A stretch of DNA of 63,922 nt, counting the filler, from Octopus bimaculoides (Eukaryota): assembly GCF_001194135.2 (NCBI RefSeq). It is 8 parts of 8 records of this genome, joined end to end, with 100 filler letters (N's around TTAATTAATTAA, not from the genome) between each part and the next. Parts side by side here need not be neighbours in the genome. Positions count along the whole stretch, not along the records: positions 1 to 10,062 come from NC_068982.1; positions 10,163 to 29,570 come from NC_068986.1; 6 more parts are not named here. One strand, given 5' to 3'. Positions 1 through 13,434 of the stretch are shown here, in pieces. The translations under genes and the position numbers were made by a program. The number at the start of each line of letters is the position of its first letter. The stretch's first letter is position 1. The notes below the pieces were generated by a model. It saw only the letters and a list, made by a program, of their open reading frames with translations, did not search any database and was not told the DNA's origin.

Positions 1-333
1 GGAAGTTGGAGAGGAAGGAGATGAAAAGGCAGAGCTGTTCGCGGGAGAGGGAGGTGGCTCCTATACAGTCATCTATGTAGCGACCGTATAGTTCCGGAGT
101 CGGACCGGAGAATTGGGAGAATACTTGGGCCTCAATGTAACCAACAAAGAGGTTGGCGTAATTGGGCCCCATTCTCGTCCCCATCGCGACCCCAGATTCC
201 TGTTGGTAGGTATCTCCGGCGAACGTGAAGCAGTTGAGGGTGAGGACGAGTTCTGCCAGACGAAGCAGGGTAGGGGTGCTAGGTGTGGGGTCAGGGCGGC
301 GGTCAAGGAAGTATTGGAGGGCTGAGAGACCAT
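1..333 (-). mobile_element. Penelope-like element reverse transcriptase fragment (open frame, continues beyond window start)
   Basis: Manual minus-strand translation, in a frame absent from the ORF track: SALQYFLDRRPDPTPSTPTLLRLAELVLTLNCFTFAGDTYQQESGVAMGTRMGPNYANLFVGYIEAQVFSQFSGPTPELYGRYIDDCIGATSLSREQLCLFISFLSNF. It contains the PLE RT motifs GxAMG and RYIDD. Confidence 0.92.
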
Positions 334-987
334 ATATATATATGTATAGACAGCGTTGTGGCAACAGATTGGAAACGGCTGTAAGATATGTTACGTCACC
401 TATTTGTTATGTAATGCTTTGTATAAAATTAAGCTATAAATGTGGTCCACTCGATGTGTTTTTTAATCTGAGGTTTTCTCCATTTTCTGATTGTGTGTGT
501 GTGTATGTATATATTACATGTTTTAATTGAAGCAACTTTGCTCACTATATTAATTGTGGTAGTAAAAAATAAACTAGTTTAGTTTCATGTGCAGTTTGAC
601 CGAATGGTTAAGCATTTTCGCTTCGCCCACACAAGTTCTCGTGTTCGATCTGATTGCATGACATCTTGAGCAATTGCAATTTCCTGAGACTTCGATCGAA
701 TCACACCATGTCAGTGAAATCGAAATGACGGAAACTGTATAGAAGCCTGTCGGGTGGTTTACATGCAACCTTGTCACACTGTTACACCAAGTCAGCCAGA
801 GAATTACATTGTCTCACGTATCAGTGGAATACTTGGCCACCTTCACGTTAATTTAGAAGCAGGTTATTCAGTCGATGAAACAGCTGAATTCTTATTGTAA
901 GAGATCCACCACCACCACATTCATGGTGAAGACGTCTGTATACTTTCTCTTCAGAAAATGACTTGTTTCTGCTTATAGCTATATACG

Positions 988-1448
988 TGCAGGCATGGCT
1001 GTTTGGTTAAGAAGTTCGCTTTGTAGTCACTTGGTTTCATGTTCACTCCCATTGCACAGCACCTTGGGTGTCTTTTACAATAGCACCGGATCGCCCAATG
1101 CTTTGCGAGCGAGTTTGGTTGACGGAAACTATATGGAAACCTGTCGCATGCATACAGACATAGTATATGTATTTTTGTATGTACATACATACACATATAT
1201 ACATAGTATGTATCTTTGTACCTGTGATTGTCACTGCCTCACACCACTTACTTGACAACCGGTGTTAGTTTGTTTATACCCCTTTCACTTAATGTTTTTT
1301 GGCAAAAAAAACCTATCTTATAAGGACCCGACTTACCGAAAAAAACACAACGTAAGTATTGGGGTCGATCTGTTCGACAAAAACCCTTCAAGGCGATGCC
1401 CCACCATGGCCGCAGTTTGATGACTAAAACGTAAAAGATAAAAGATAA
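988..1448 (+). mobile_element. Degenerate SINE, family A
   Basis: Similar to the 38665-39074 copy: head gcaggcatggctgtttggttaag, gcaccttggg core, tail ccatggccgcagtttgatgactaaaacgtaaaagata. Confidence 0.7.
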
Positions 1449-1802
1449 TGAACACTTCAGAGAATATCTACTCACGCACACTCAGACACACACACACACA
1501 CACACTCCTTTTAACTCTCTCCCCTCTTTCGTTATTCATACAGACACCCTCATTGACATACGCATGCCATGAGTCAACGATGAAGCCTATATGTGGTCTC
1601 TCGAACTGCTGGAAATAACTGTCAAACTCTCCCTTAAATAGACACACCCTACTTAAGTCACAAATGACTTAAGATGTATAGTCTGATTTAAAGACAGGAT
1701 GATCATTGCTGGTATTCCAATGGTCGCAAGTCAAGCTCCATTAGGACTGACCTGTAGGCAAATAAACGCACATGCTCTATCTCCACTCTCTTGCCTTCTC
1801 TG

Positions 1803-1879
<77 letters not shown>

Positions 1880-2597
1880 CTCTATCTATCTCTCTGTCAC
1901 TGTCACCCCATACAAACACACAAATCCATGTACAAATGCGCGTACACATAGACATACACACGTATAAATGTACATAATCCTAATGCGTCAAGTTGAAAAG
2001 TTGACGTCTTCAAGAGGGCAAGGGGTGTTGTAGATGTATGATAGATAATTAAGAAAATAAATTACAAGCAATAAAGATGACAAAACATGAAGAATACAAA
2101 TATAAAATAAAATAGACAGTACGGAGGAAGGTTTGTGTAGACGCCGAACAGCTTGTGTAAGTGAGGGTTGAGTATAATAAGATAAGGGCATTAGAAGTGA
2201 TAGCTATTAAATACAGGGCGAACGAATCAGTTGCGCGCCAAAACGATGACAAGTGTTGGGAGTAAGATGGAAGTAAAGACTTGCTTCAACAAGTTTTCAT
2301 AATGACACAGAATAAACAAGGAGACAATAGAATGGATATATTGAAGAGAGAAAATATAGAAAGCGCCAACTCCATAGAGAGACAATATGGTTTGGTTTTT
2401 ATAACCCTTTTATGGTTAATTAATTTGTACGGCAAAAACAAAGAAGTTGGTAGTTTTTTTTTTCTTTTCTTTTTACAAGGTGACTTTTTGATAATCATTT
2501 TGAAAGTAAAAAAAAATAAAAAAATATGAAGATAAAAGGGAGAAAGAATAGATAAATAATTAAGCTAATGAACATTAATTGGGTAGAGACAGATGGA

Positions 2598-2605
2598 TGA
2601 GAAGA

Positions 2606-2639
<34 letters not shown>

Positions 2640-2677
2640 CGACGACAACGACGACGACGATGATGATGATGATGGTA

Positions 2678-2720
<43 letters not shown>

Positions 2721-2761
2721 CGACGACGACAACGACGACGATGATGATGATGATGATGGTA

Positions 2762-2804
<43 letters not shown>

Positions 2805-2840
2805 CGACGACGACGACGACGACGATGATGATGATGATGG
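2598..2840. repeat. Compound (GAT)n/(GAC)n microsatellite
   Basis: Seen directly; includes an internal block duplication (…gacaacgacgacg…gatggtaat twice). Confidence 0.97.
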
Positions 2841-3289
2841 GGGAACGACAGCAGAGATGGAAGCGGAGGTGGCGGCAGTGGTGCTCGAAACATAGTTGCT
2901 GCTGCTGATTTGCGGATAAATAATTACAATACTTTTTTAAGAGTATTGCTGCTTTATTCAGTACAATTATTTTAAAATTCCAAATGGTTGTACTGGCAAA
3001 TGATCAACTGGAATCTTTAGCATTTAGTTTTAGAAATTTAGTAATCTGTATCCGTATTATCAGTTATTCCATGAAGTGCCAGAACCGTGGTTTATTTTCA
3101 GAATTAGTTGCCGAAAAAGCAGTTAACAATGAAAACTGATTGTCATAAGCTTATAGAATAAGCTTTTAGAGAAAAGTACTTCAGCTGTTAGTTACGATCC
3201 CCTGTCGTTTTAGCAATCTGTCCTTCCATTTTTTTTTTTTTAAGATGTGTGTAGAGATTGGCTGCTATTCATGCAGATCAAACGACAGT

Positions 3290-3672
3290 ATGTTGGCACT
3301 CCGTCGCTTACGACGTCGAGGGTTCCAGTCGATCCGATCAACGGAACAACCTGCTCGTGAAATTAACGTGCAAGTGGTTGAGCAATCCACAGACCCGTGT
3401 ACCCTTAACGTAGTTCTCGGGGATATTCAGCGTGACACAGTGTGACAAGGCTAACCCTGTGAATTACAGGCACAACAGAAACAGGAAGTAAGAGTGAGAG
3501 AAAGTTGTGGTGAAAGAGTACAGCAGGGTTCGCCACCATCCCCTGCCGGAGCCTCGTGGGGCTTTAGGCGTTTTTCGCTCAATAAACACTCACAACGCTC
3601 GGTCTGGGAATCGAAACCGCGATCCTACGACCGCGAGTCCGCTGCCCTAACCACTGAGCCATTGCGCCTCCA
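3290..3672 (-). mobile_element. tRNA(Arg)-like SINE, family C, near full length
   Basis: Reverse complement begins gtggaggcgcaatggctcagtggttagggcagcggactcgcggtcgtaggatcgcggtttcgattccc (A box, TCG anticodon-like loop, B box). The body is shared with copies at 43.0, 44.4-44.9 and 61.6-62.2 kb. Confidence 0.88.
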
Positions 3673-3827
3673 CGACAGTAAAGGGTAGTGCTTCTCAAAC
3701 TGGGCGATACTATTAAAACTTTTAATGGTAATTGAAGGCAAAGGGTGTAGTAGGAAGCAACAGAGGTATCTGTAAAACTCCTTTTACTTTTGCTTTCTAT
3801 CTAGATACAAGTACAAAATTTACATAT

Positions 3828-3935
3828 GCGCAGGCGTGACTGTGTGGTAAGAAACTTGCTTTCCAACTACATGGTTCTGGGATCAGTCCCAATGCGTGGT
3901 ACCTTGGGCAAGTGTCTTCAACTATAGCTCGGCCC
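3828..3935 (+). mobile_element. SINE family A, 5' head fragment
   Basis: gcgcaggcgtgactgtgtggtaagaaacttgc…cagtcccaatgcgtggtaccttgggcaagtgtctt. Confidence 0.8.
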
Positions 3936-4002
3936 GTCGTAACCACATGTGAATCGTCGGCGATTTTCTTCCTCCGGCTTCCTTTCTATTGGACTTTCCT
4001 CT

Positions 4003-4037
4003 GTTTCTGAAGAAGAGCGTTGCTCGAAACGTTAAAC
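4003..4037 (+). ncRNA. Minimal type I hammerhead ribozyme motif in a PLE pLTR-like tail
   Basis: GUUU-CUGAAGA-A-GAGC(guu)GCUC-GAAA-C-GU-U-AAAC. Stem I is GUUU/AAAC, stem II is GAGC/GCUC, and stem III is a loopless palindrome (AACGUU). Confidence 0.7.
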
Positions 4038-4138
4038 CATCTTTCTTTTCTTCCCTGAGCATCTGCCAATACTTTACATGTACCACGTCCTCGCGTTGTT
4101 GAGTTTTTTTGTGTGTTTGTTCTTCTTTTTGGGGGATT

Positions 4139-4179
<41 letters not shown>

Positions 4180-4558
4180 TTCAAAAAAGGAAAAAAACAT
4201 AAAAACAACAACAAAAAACGTGAGGACGTGATACAGATTATGTTACTTACTGGACGCTCGGGAAAGGAAAGAAACACACACACACTCATATATGTGCGTG
4301 TGTGTATGTGTGTGTCTTTGCGTCTATGTTTGTCCCCTACCATCGCTTGACAACCGATGTTGGCGTGTTTACGTCCCCGTAACTTATATATAGATGTGCG
4401 CGCGTATATGCGTTTGTGTGCATGTGAGTATATATATCTATATATGTAGATATATATGCTACATATACATACATGTGCATAGACATACACGCACACATAC
4501 ATACACACACTCACGCACATCTCTCTCTCTCACTCTGTCTGTCTGTCTGTCTCTCTTT

Positions 4559-4595
<37 letters not shown>

Positions 4596-5063
4596 NNNNN
4601 NNNNNNNNNNNNNNNNNNNNNNNNNNNNNNNNNNNNNNNNNNNNNNNNNNNNNNNNNNNNNNNNNNNNNNNNNNNNNNNNNNNNNNNNNNNNNNNNNNNN
4701 NNNNNNNNNNNNNNNNNNNNNNNNNNNNNNNNNNNNNNNNNNNNNNNNNNNNNNNNNNNNNNNNNNNNNNNNNNNNNNNNNNNNNNNNNNNNNNNNNNNN
4801 NNNNNNNNNNNNNNNNNNNNNNNNNNNNNNNNNNNNNNNNNNNNNNNNNNNNNNNNNNNNNNNNNNNNNNNNNNNNNNNNNNNNNNNNNNNNNNNNNNNN
4901 NNNNNNNNNNNNNNNNNNNNNNNNNNNNNNNNNNNNNNNNNNNNNNNNNNNNNNNNNNNNNNNNNNNNNNNNNNNNNNNNNNNNNNNNNNNNNNNNNNNN
5001 NNNNNNNNNNNNNNNNNNNNNNNNNNNNNNNNNNNNNNNNNNNNNNNNNNNNNNNNNNNNNNN

Positions 5064-5118
<55 letters not shown>

Positions 5119-5385
5119 CGTGCGTCTAAATATACGGCAATACTAAAAGCCTAGTCCCTACATCCTTGCATACCCACCCACGTTTTCGCTTCCCTACCTC
5201 ACACGGCCCTTCTATTTACCACACCCCGTTACCTTCTTATCCAAACCATTTTCTTTCTCATTTCGCCTGAGGCAGGCAACAAGACTTGTTAGAACTCTTA
5301 GAAGTCAAATACGCTTATCTTCGGCTTTTTATTTGTGATCAAAACAAGGGACCGAGGATTAGCGCGAATTTTTTTGTAGTAGAAA

Positions 5386-5438
<53 letters not shown>

Positions 5439-5469
5439 TCAGTAGTGGTGGTGGTGGCGGTGGTGGTGG

Positions 5470-5832
5470 TGCCGGATTCAGTCCCACTACGTAGCAACTT
5501 GGGCAAGTGTCTTCTACTATAGCCTCGGGCCGACCAGAGCCTTGTGAGTAGATTTGGTAACGGAAACTGAAAGAAGCCCGTCGTATATATGTATGTGTGT
5601 ATGTATGTGTCTGTGTGTATGCTTGTGTATATGTTTGTGTGTCTGTGTTTCCCCCCACCATCGCTTGACAACCGATGCTGGCGTGTCTACATCCCCGTAA
5701 TCTAGCGGTCCGGCAAAGAGGTCGATAGAATAAGTACTAGGTTTACAAAGATTAAGTTCTGGCGTCGATTTGTTCGACTAAAGGCGGTGCTCCAGCATGG
5801 CCGCAGCCAAATGACTGAAACAAATAAAAGAA
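5470..5832 (+). mobile_element. SINE family A, head truncated
   Basis: Matches 38665-39074 from cagtcccact to aaatgactgaaacaaataaaag. Confidence 0.88.
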
Positions 5833-5861
5833 TATATATATATATATAGATATATATATAA

Positions 5862-5892
<31 letters not shown>

Positions 5893-6519
5893 AAATGTTT
5901 AAAAGCATATGTGTGTGTGTGTGTATGAATGTGTATGTGGGGGGTGTAATTTGTCCACCTACACGCATACATTCATATGCTCACAGAAGAAACAGTCTAA
6001 CTGGTTGAGTGGCAAAAAGGGGTTACACTGTAAAGAAACAGTGTTGAAGAGGAAAAGACTCTAAAAAAGTTATGCACATGTGTGCGGTAACCATTTCGTG
6101 ACTAAATTCCGAGCAAGATGGCTGTTCTTGTATTTCAATTAATTTCCAACATAATCCATAGTTAGGATGTGTTAGCAAAATATTTGTAACTTTATATAAC
6201 TGGTATATATAATTTATATGTTGACGAACTAAATTCACATATTATTCCTCTTGTAACGAGCTTTTGATCAATATTTTCATTTAAATAAGACTACTTTCAA
6301 TGCAGGCGGTCCGAAGCAGGTAGTGTTACTCTATTTCAAGGGTCGATTATTTTTACCTACATACACATCCCCTTATATACATATATTAGTTTACATTCAT
6401 TTATCCTTTTTTACTAGCTATAAGTATACACGGGTGTGTTAGTGTGTGCGGCTGTATGTGTGTGTGTTTCCTTGTGTAGGTTTGTAATGTTTGTAATATT
6501 AATTTGACATGATCGTAAG

Positions 6520-6655
6520 AGCATCGGACTGGCTGCCTATTAATGTCTAATCCGGATCTCTGCAATCGGGTTCAAATTCCGCCTGGTTATAATTTCCTTT
6601 CGGGGTCGATAAATAAAGTACCAGTCTAGAACACGGGATCGGTATTTTATCGTCG
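6520..6655 (+). mobile_element. SINE family B fragment
   Basis: gttcaaattccgcc…ctttcggggtcgataaataaagtaccag, as in the 23343 copy. Confidence 0.7.
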
Positions 6656-6904
6656 GGCAACATGCGTTGCAACCACTGTCTCTTTTTTTATCCTCACCTG
6701 TACGTTTTAAGACCAAATTCTGCTTCTTATCTCGCAAGGAAAAAGAAAATAAAATTTTGGTACCCGACAAAAAACAGTGACGAACTTCGAAAGTCATTGA
6801 ACAAGTGTCCAAGTATATAATGGATTACTCTACATACAAGGAAAGAACACGAGTATGTATGTATGTATGTATGTATGTATGTATGTATGTATGTATGTAT
6901 GTAT

Positions 6905-7100
6905 GTATGTAGTTGAAATTTACAGAAAAACAAGACGAAGAACAGGTGTATGAACAAGCAAGTATATTATTGTGACGCTTGGGAAAAGGAAAAGGTCATT
7001 TACGTTTCGAGCCTACGCTCTTCAACAGAAAAAAATAAGAGAAAATAAATAAAGTGAATAAAATAAGTTGCGGATTTAGCGGTCAAGCATGGCGACTGGT
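6905..7100 (-). mobile_element. PLE pLTR-like tail with hammerhead-like motif (core variant CUGUUGA)
   Basis: Reverse complement of 6998-7032 contains ctgttga-a-gagc(gtag)gctc-gaaa-cgta. It is related to 3940-4135 and 54890-55100 and abuts a (TATG)n array. Confidence 0.65.
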
Positions 7101-9145
7101 TAGAATAAAAAATGTTTGACAGGAGAGTTTGAAAGAAGGGGAGATAATAAATTATTGGTGATCCCAAAACGAAGTTGTGCGCGCGTGTGTATGTATATGA
7201 GACATAGATATGTGTTTGAACACATATTCATATGTGTGTGTGTGCGTGTGTATTCTGATCTCGAATTTTCTAGAAAAGGTGGAACTAGAAATAGATAACG
7301 CTTATGAATAGTTTAACAGCGTGTAAATATTTGGTTTAGAAAAAAAGAAAAACCTTCGGTGGAAAAAGTCGCAGACTGTACGTAGAATCCCCATCCTCTG
7401 TAAACATGACAAACGTTCAACCATTATACCTAAGGTATCCTTTGAATTTCTCCGTCCATTTTAGGTGTTTTGTTCTTACCAACGAGAATTTTATGTTGTT
7501 TATGTCATACGAATTTAGAAAACTTGAGAGACGTGAAACAAATCGATTTTAACGGTAGAACTCAAAATACATAAATCTATAAATAAAAGATAGCAAAACT
7601 GAAGATTTTCTTTTACCCTTTTTTTGTAAAGTTATTTTCAAAGTTTTTGGACTCTATCATCCTGTTTAATCTTCTTTCCACTGAAATTTTAAAAGGATTG
7701 TGGTATTTTTTTGTTTCGTTGCTGATCCTTTCTCATACCATACTTATTATAACAACCAAACAATCAAATTACTTTTTAGTAACTCGAAAATGCTGTTCTT
7801 GGTGTACCTGCTTTGTTTTGATACGCAAGTCTGTGATGATAAGTGTGTATAATAATATATCAGAACTTCGGGCTAGCGATACTTCAAACACTAGTATAAA
7901 ATCATACATAACGCTCCCAAGCCATTAATTATCATAGATACCCTCAGCGTTGTTTAATCACTAGCATAACAGACGGTAGTTTTTTTCAGTATGTCGTTCA
8001 CAATGCCACTTTTCATTTTGTTTGAGAAAGGCATAACAAATCTTTTGTGGGACTTGGCTGAATCTAGTCAAATTGGAACGGACTGGATAAGATTCAAGTG
8101 AGGTTGTTGTAGACAACGGATTCAGACATTCAAATTTCAAATATAATAAAAAAAAAAGGAAAGGTTGTGCATACATCCATACATACTGAAACATACTTAT
8201 ATGCTTGATGGAGTAAGCTGTATTGTCCCATTCTAACATTTTAACAAAGTGAGGTGAACTTGGAGTAGATAAAAACCTCGTGATCTTATATTTAAGGTTA
8301 AAATGAATGCTTGGAAAAAATATCTTTTTGGCCTTTATGTGGAATGCAAAACTACATAGGCCGTCTCTTTTATTTAGTAGAGGATAAAATAATACATTAT
8401 AAATGTGTACTGTATTATTATATTCCTCTCTTTCTCCCTTCCTTCTTTCTCTTCTTTCTTTTCTCACATCCAGCTCTCTTTCTCTTTTTTCTCTCTCTCT
8501 CACTGTACATAGATCTTTCTTCATACTCTCTAATAGCTTTTGTTTTTCGTTGCCCCACTCTTTTTTCGTTATCATTTTTTATTGTCTTTCTTCATTCAGG
8601 TGACCGAGCAAAACTGGAGCTAGATTTTTTTGTATTATTTATACACTTTAGATTCAGTTTGATGACATATAAAAACAAACAAAGCAAAACAAATAGCGGC
8701 GACAAAGTGCATACTGGTATATGTGCATCTGTATATAACTGTATGCATTTGTATTCATGTACATTCATGCGGCAATATGAGATTTTGTTACAAGATTTAA
8801 TATATCTTCAATATCTTCTTGCCACACACTACTTCATTTGCAACACCTTGCCAGTAAGTATAAACCTATCACTCGCTAACACTCAGTCATTTATTAAAAT
8901 AATTTTGACTAAATGACCAACATAACACAGTCTTATAAGCGAGTAACACCGTAAACACTTCTCCAACAAGCTTTGTGGCTTATAGTAAATAGCAAAATAC
9001 AAGAAGATGCTTAAAACTACATTCAGCAATGTTGAACTAAAAACCAGACATGCATACATAAACACATACATACATACATACATACAGACAAACATACATA
9101 CATGCATACATACATACATACATACATACATACATACATACAAAC

Positions 9146-10042
9146 GAGGAAAGAAAACTCCGAATGACCCGTCCTTGTTTTTTCTTGACCCTTTGTTGTA
9201 TCATCTATCTGGATGTTTTGTTGTCCCTTTTTGGTATCATCTAACTGTCTGGATGTTTTGCGTTCTTGTCCCATTTTTTTGTATTCCTTTTTATATACAT
9301 ATACCGGCATACATACACTTTGGTCTCATATGTAAGTATATATATATATATAAATTTTGTACGACTCTCTTATTCTTTCATTCTTTCTTTCTTTCTTTCT
9401 ATCAGCCCCTTCACACTTACTTCGTTCTTTCCACTCTTCTTTTTTTCGTTCCCCCTCTCTCACATTTCCTGGCTTTCTCATCTTCCCTCCTCTTTCACTT
9501 GACTCTGTCTCTTTTCTTTTTTTCTCGTCCGTCCCTAATTCTTCTATCCCTCTGCCTCTACCTCTCTCCTCTCTCTCTCCACGTGACCGGTGTTCGGCCA
9601 AGCCTAACTTTTCTTTCTTGGTTCGACTACCATCCGTGCAACATCTATATTCCTCCCCAAGCCTGTCATCTCTCATATCTGTGCCGTAAGGCTTCACTTC
9701 CACACACGCCAGCTTAATTTAATTTGTCCTTAATCGAAAGACACCTGTTGTTAATGTCCTGTTATTTGTATTTGTGTTTGTGTACCATTTCTCCGTTTTT
9801 TTTCCGTCCTTGTTTTCGTATACATTCGCTGCTTTCTTCCAAGGAATCTAGTGCTTTTAGCTTAGTTTTTCCTTGGGGCTGGCCAGATTGGAGTAATCTT
9901 AAGTACAACCAGCCGAACTTGCAAAGATAATCTGGAACTCAACTGAGGAAAGAAAACTCTGAATGACCCGCCCTTGTTTTTTCTTGTCCCTTTTTTATAT
10001 CATCTAACTGTCTGGTTGTTTTGCGTTCTTGTCTCATTTTTT
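9146..10042 (+). repeat. Direct repeats (9146-9297 and 9945-10042), PLE pLTR-like
   Basis: gaggaaagaaaactcYgaatgacccgYccttgttttttcttg…gttttgcgttcttgtc…ttttttgtattcc occurs twice, each copy ending at TA-rich repeats. Confidence 0.65.
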
Positions 10043-10388
10043 GTATTCCTTTTTATATATATNNNNNNNNNNNNNNNNNNNNNNNNNNNNNNNNNNNNNN
10101 NNNNNNTTAATTAATTAANNNNNNNNNNNNNNNNNNNNNNNNNNNNNNNNNNNNNNNNNNNNATATACGCAACTATATATATACATATCTTTATACGTAT
10201 TTGTAATTGTATATATGTTTGTGTATGTGCGTGTGCGTGTATGCGTGTACATGTGTATATAGTTACATTTATATTTATCTACATCTCAATGGGTATAAAC
10301 GAGGAAAAAAATGGGCACAAAATGAACAGGTAATGTAATAAGCATAGCAACAATAACAACAACAATTACCTAATAAAATAATAACATC

Positions 10389-10442
<54 letters not shown>

Positions 10443-10955
10443 GCAACGCCCACGACGATTACGACGACCACGACGGCGATGATGCTGATGAAGATGATGA
10501 TGATGATGATGATGATGACAACAGCAACAAAACTGGAAACAAAAATAGAAATCTACTTAGACTGAACATACTTTATTAAATTCTACAAGTAATAACAGAC
10601 TCCGTGGGATAAACCGGCCATGCTATATCTCATTGCTATAATAAAATTGGTTTTGAGAAAGAACGAAAAAAAAAACAATAATAAATGACGAGAAATAAAT
10701 CTATTTTGTTCAGGCCAGCTTCGTATTCATTGCAAAGACTTAAGCGTTACTCGGATTTTGCTTTGACGGCAGAAAGAACACAATTTAACAGGAAATAAAC
10801 ATAGATATGAAGTGAGTAGTGCAGCTAGTGGCCTGGAAATTTCCATCACATTCTTCAGCTACCAACTAGCAGAATCACAAACCCATATAAAAATAAACAA
10901 CCTATTCATATACTAGCATACACACGAATACAAATGCAAAATTCATATACATACA

Positions 10956-10989
<34 letters not shown>

Positions 10990-10994
10990 CATTT

Positions 10995-11068
<74 letters not shown>

Positions 11069-11548
11069 ATGTATGTATGTATGTATGTATGAATTACTAC
11101 ATATTTCCTCGCTGCAATACACATTCTTCTATTCAAATATACACCGCCCCAGCACGCGTTCGAACATACAGAAAAGAGACAAACGCACCTCTTTATTTCT
11201 CCATCGACCGACCATGAAATTCATGGTTGGACAAGTTTTATAGTAATTAAGAACAGAACAAATGAGTTGCGTTGGCTACCAAAGAGAGTTCACTTCTAAC
11301 ATCAAAAATAGTTTAAGACTGCTGATATTCGATGGCGAATTTCGCAGTTGATGAAGGTCAGGTGACATTTTGACTACGCTTCAAAATGCACCGAATACGC
11401 ATGAGCAGTTTTAGTGCATATTCGTCATGTCACTTCTGTACGGAACTTTTGTTATTTGTGAAGTTTTAAGATTACATTTTGGCTGCTATTGCTATCACTG
11501 TTTTCGTTCATCACGTCTGAATGATCATACGGAAAGATGAACAATAAT

Positions 11549-11549
<1 letters not shown>

Positions 11550-11611
<62 letters not shown>

Positions 11612-11613
11612 GT

Positions 11614-11671
<58 letters not shown>

Positions 11672-11700
11672 GTAACATAATAATAATAATAATAATAATG
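11550..11700. repeat. (AAT)n microsatellite
   Basis: Seen directly. Confidence 0.97.
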
Positions 11701-11805
11701 AAAACAGGAGTAATATCTTCAACTACGACACCAACAACAAAAACAATACTACTACTACAAAAATATAAATAGATATATATTCATATTAATAATAGTATGC
11801 ATATG

Positions 11806-11850
<45 letters not shown>

Positions 11851-12622
11851 NNNNNNNNNNNNNNNNNNNNNNNNNNNNNNNNNNNNNNNNNNNNNNNNNN
11901 NNNNNNNNNNNNNNNNNNNNNNNNNNNNNNNNNNNNNNNNNNNNNNNNNNNNNNNNNNNNNNNNNNNNNNNNNNNNNNNNNNNNNNNNNNNNNNNNNNNN
12001 NNNNNNNNNNNNNNNNNNNNNNNNNNNNNNNNNNNNNNNNNNNNNNNNNNNNNNNNNNNNNNNNNNNNNNNNNNNNNNNNNNNNNNNNNNNNNNNNNNNN
12101 NNNNNNNNNNNNNNNNNNNNNNNNNNNNNNNNNNNNNNNNNNNNNNNNNNNNNNNNNNNNNNNNNNNNNNNNNNNNNNNNNNNNNNNNNNNNNNNNNNNN
12201 NNNNNNNNNNNNNNNNNNTATATATATGCATATACATATGTATATATATGTATGTATACACTCATACACATATAACATATATATGCACATACGTATATGT
12301 GTATGTGTAAGTAATATTTCCTTTTGATTATTTCCTTGTGCATCGGCTTTTTGAATCGATGGAACCCAATGAGCGTGCTTTCATTTCTTACCTTAAAATA
12401 TAGATTCGCGTAGAAGATTCCTTCCAAATCAAAATGGATACCAGCCAAAAAGTAATCTCAGTCAACGGTTTGATAGGCGTTTTTCTAATTAAAAAGATTT
12501 TAAGGCAATATTTTCTTAGAATATTGCCATTGCTGGTTTCTATTCTTGGATGGGAATTGTAGATAATGGAATATTTCTATATAACCAACTATAATCATCT
12601 CTCTACCTATCTATTTATCTAA

Positions 12623-12686
<64 letters not shown>

Positions 12687-12787
12687 TATCAACCTTTTCA
12701 CACATACATACATACATATAGACACACAAACAGACATATATATGCATGTATACATACATACATACATACATACATACACACACACAC

Positions 12788-12864
<77 letters not shown>

Positions 12865-13076
12865 TATGTATATACACATCATACATATTTGTGTGAGTGT
12901 ATGAATCTATGTCCATATGTACATATTTATATTAACATATATATTCGTAAGTATATGAAGGTTTACATGCATGTTATTATGCGTATACAGACACATATAC
13001 TATATACACAAATACATACGAATATATATATATGCGTCTGTGTATGTGTTTATGAGTATATATATATACATATATA

Positions 13077-13107
<31 letters not shown>

Positions 13108-13434
13108 ATATATATATATATACTTATTTCACAGTGGTTAAGTGTATATAAGTATATGATAATGTAATGTGAGTGAGAAAGAGCGAAGAAATAACTTTTA
13201 TTTGTTTTAAATGCGTCTCATTAAACTCCAGGTAACCTCGCCTCCACCCCAATCTAATCAGTAAGAAATATTCCATTCGATGATTTTCAATGCATTGCTT
13301 GATATTCCCCGACTTCTACAGTTTTACGTCAACTAAAACATAATCTTTATTGAAACGCAATAAATTTAATCTACAGTCGGGCAAATGATATGTATTCATT
13401 TTTGCAAACATGTTTCAAATCCCGCTAAATGTTG

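Noticed and set aside
2495-2908. Poly-His, poly-Asp and poly-Met ORFs
   Set aside because: These are translations of a (GAT/GAC)n microsatellite, open in several frames, with no convincing splice context.
10107-10118. ttaattaattaa in the middle of N runs (also 29615, 41282, 45871, 50117, 55364, 62402)
   Set aside because: It is identical, always centred in gaps and gives stops in all six frames, so it is an assembly spacer and not biology or a CRISPR repeat.
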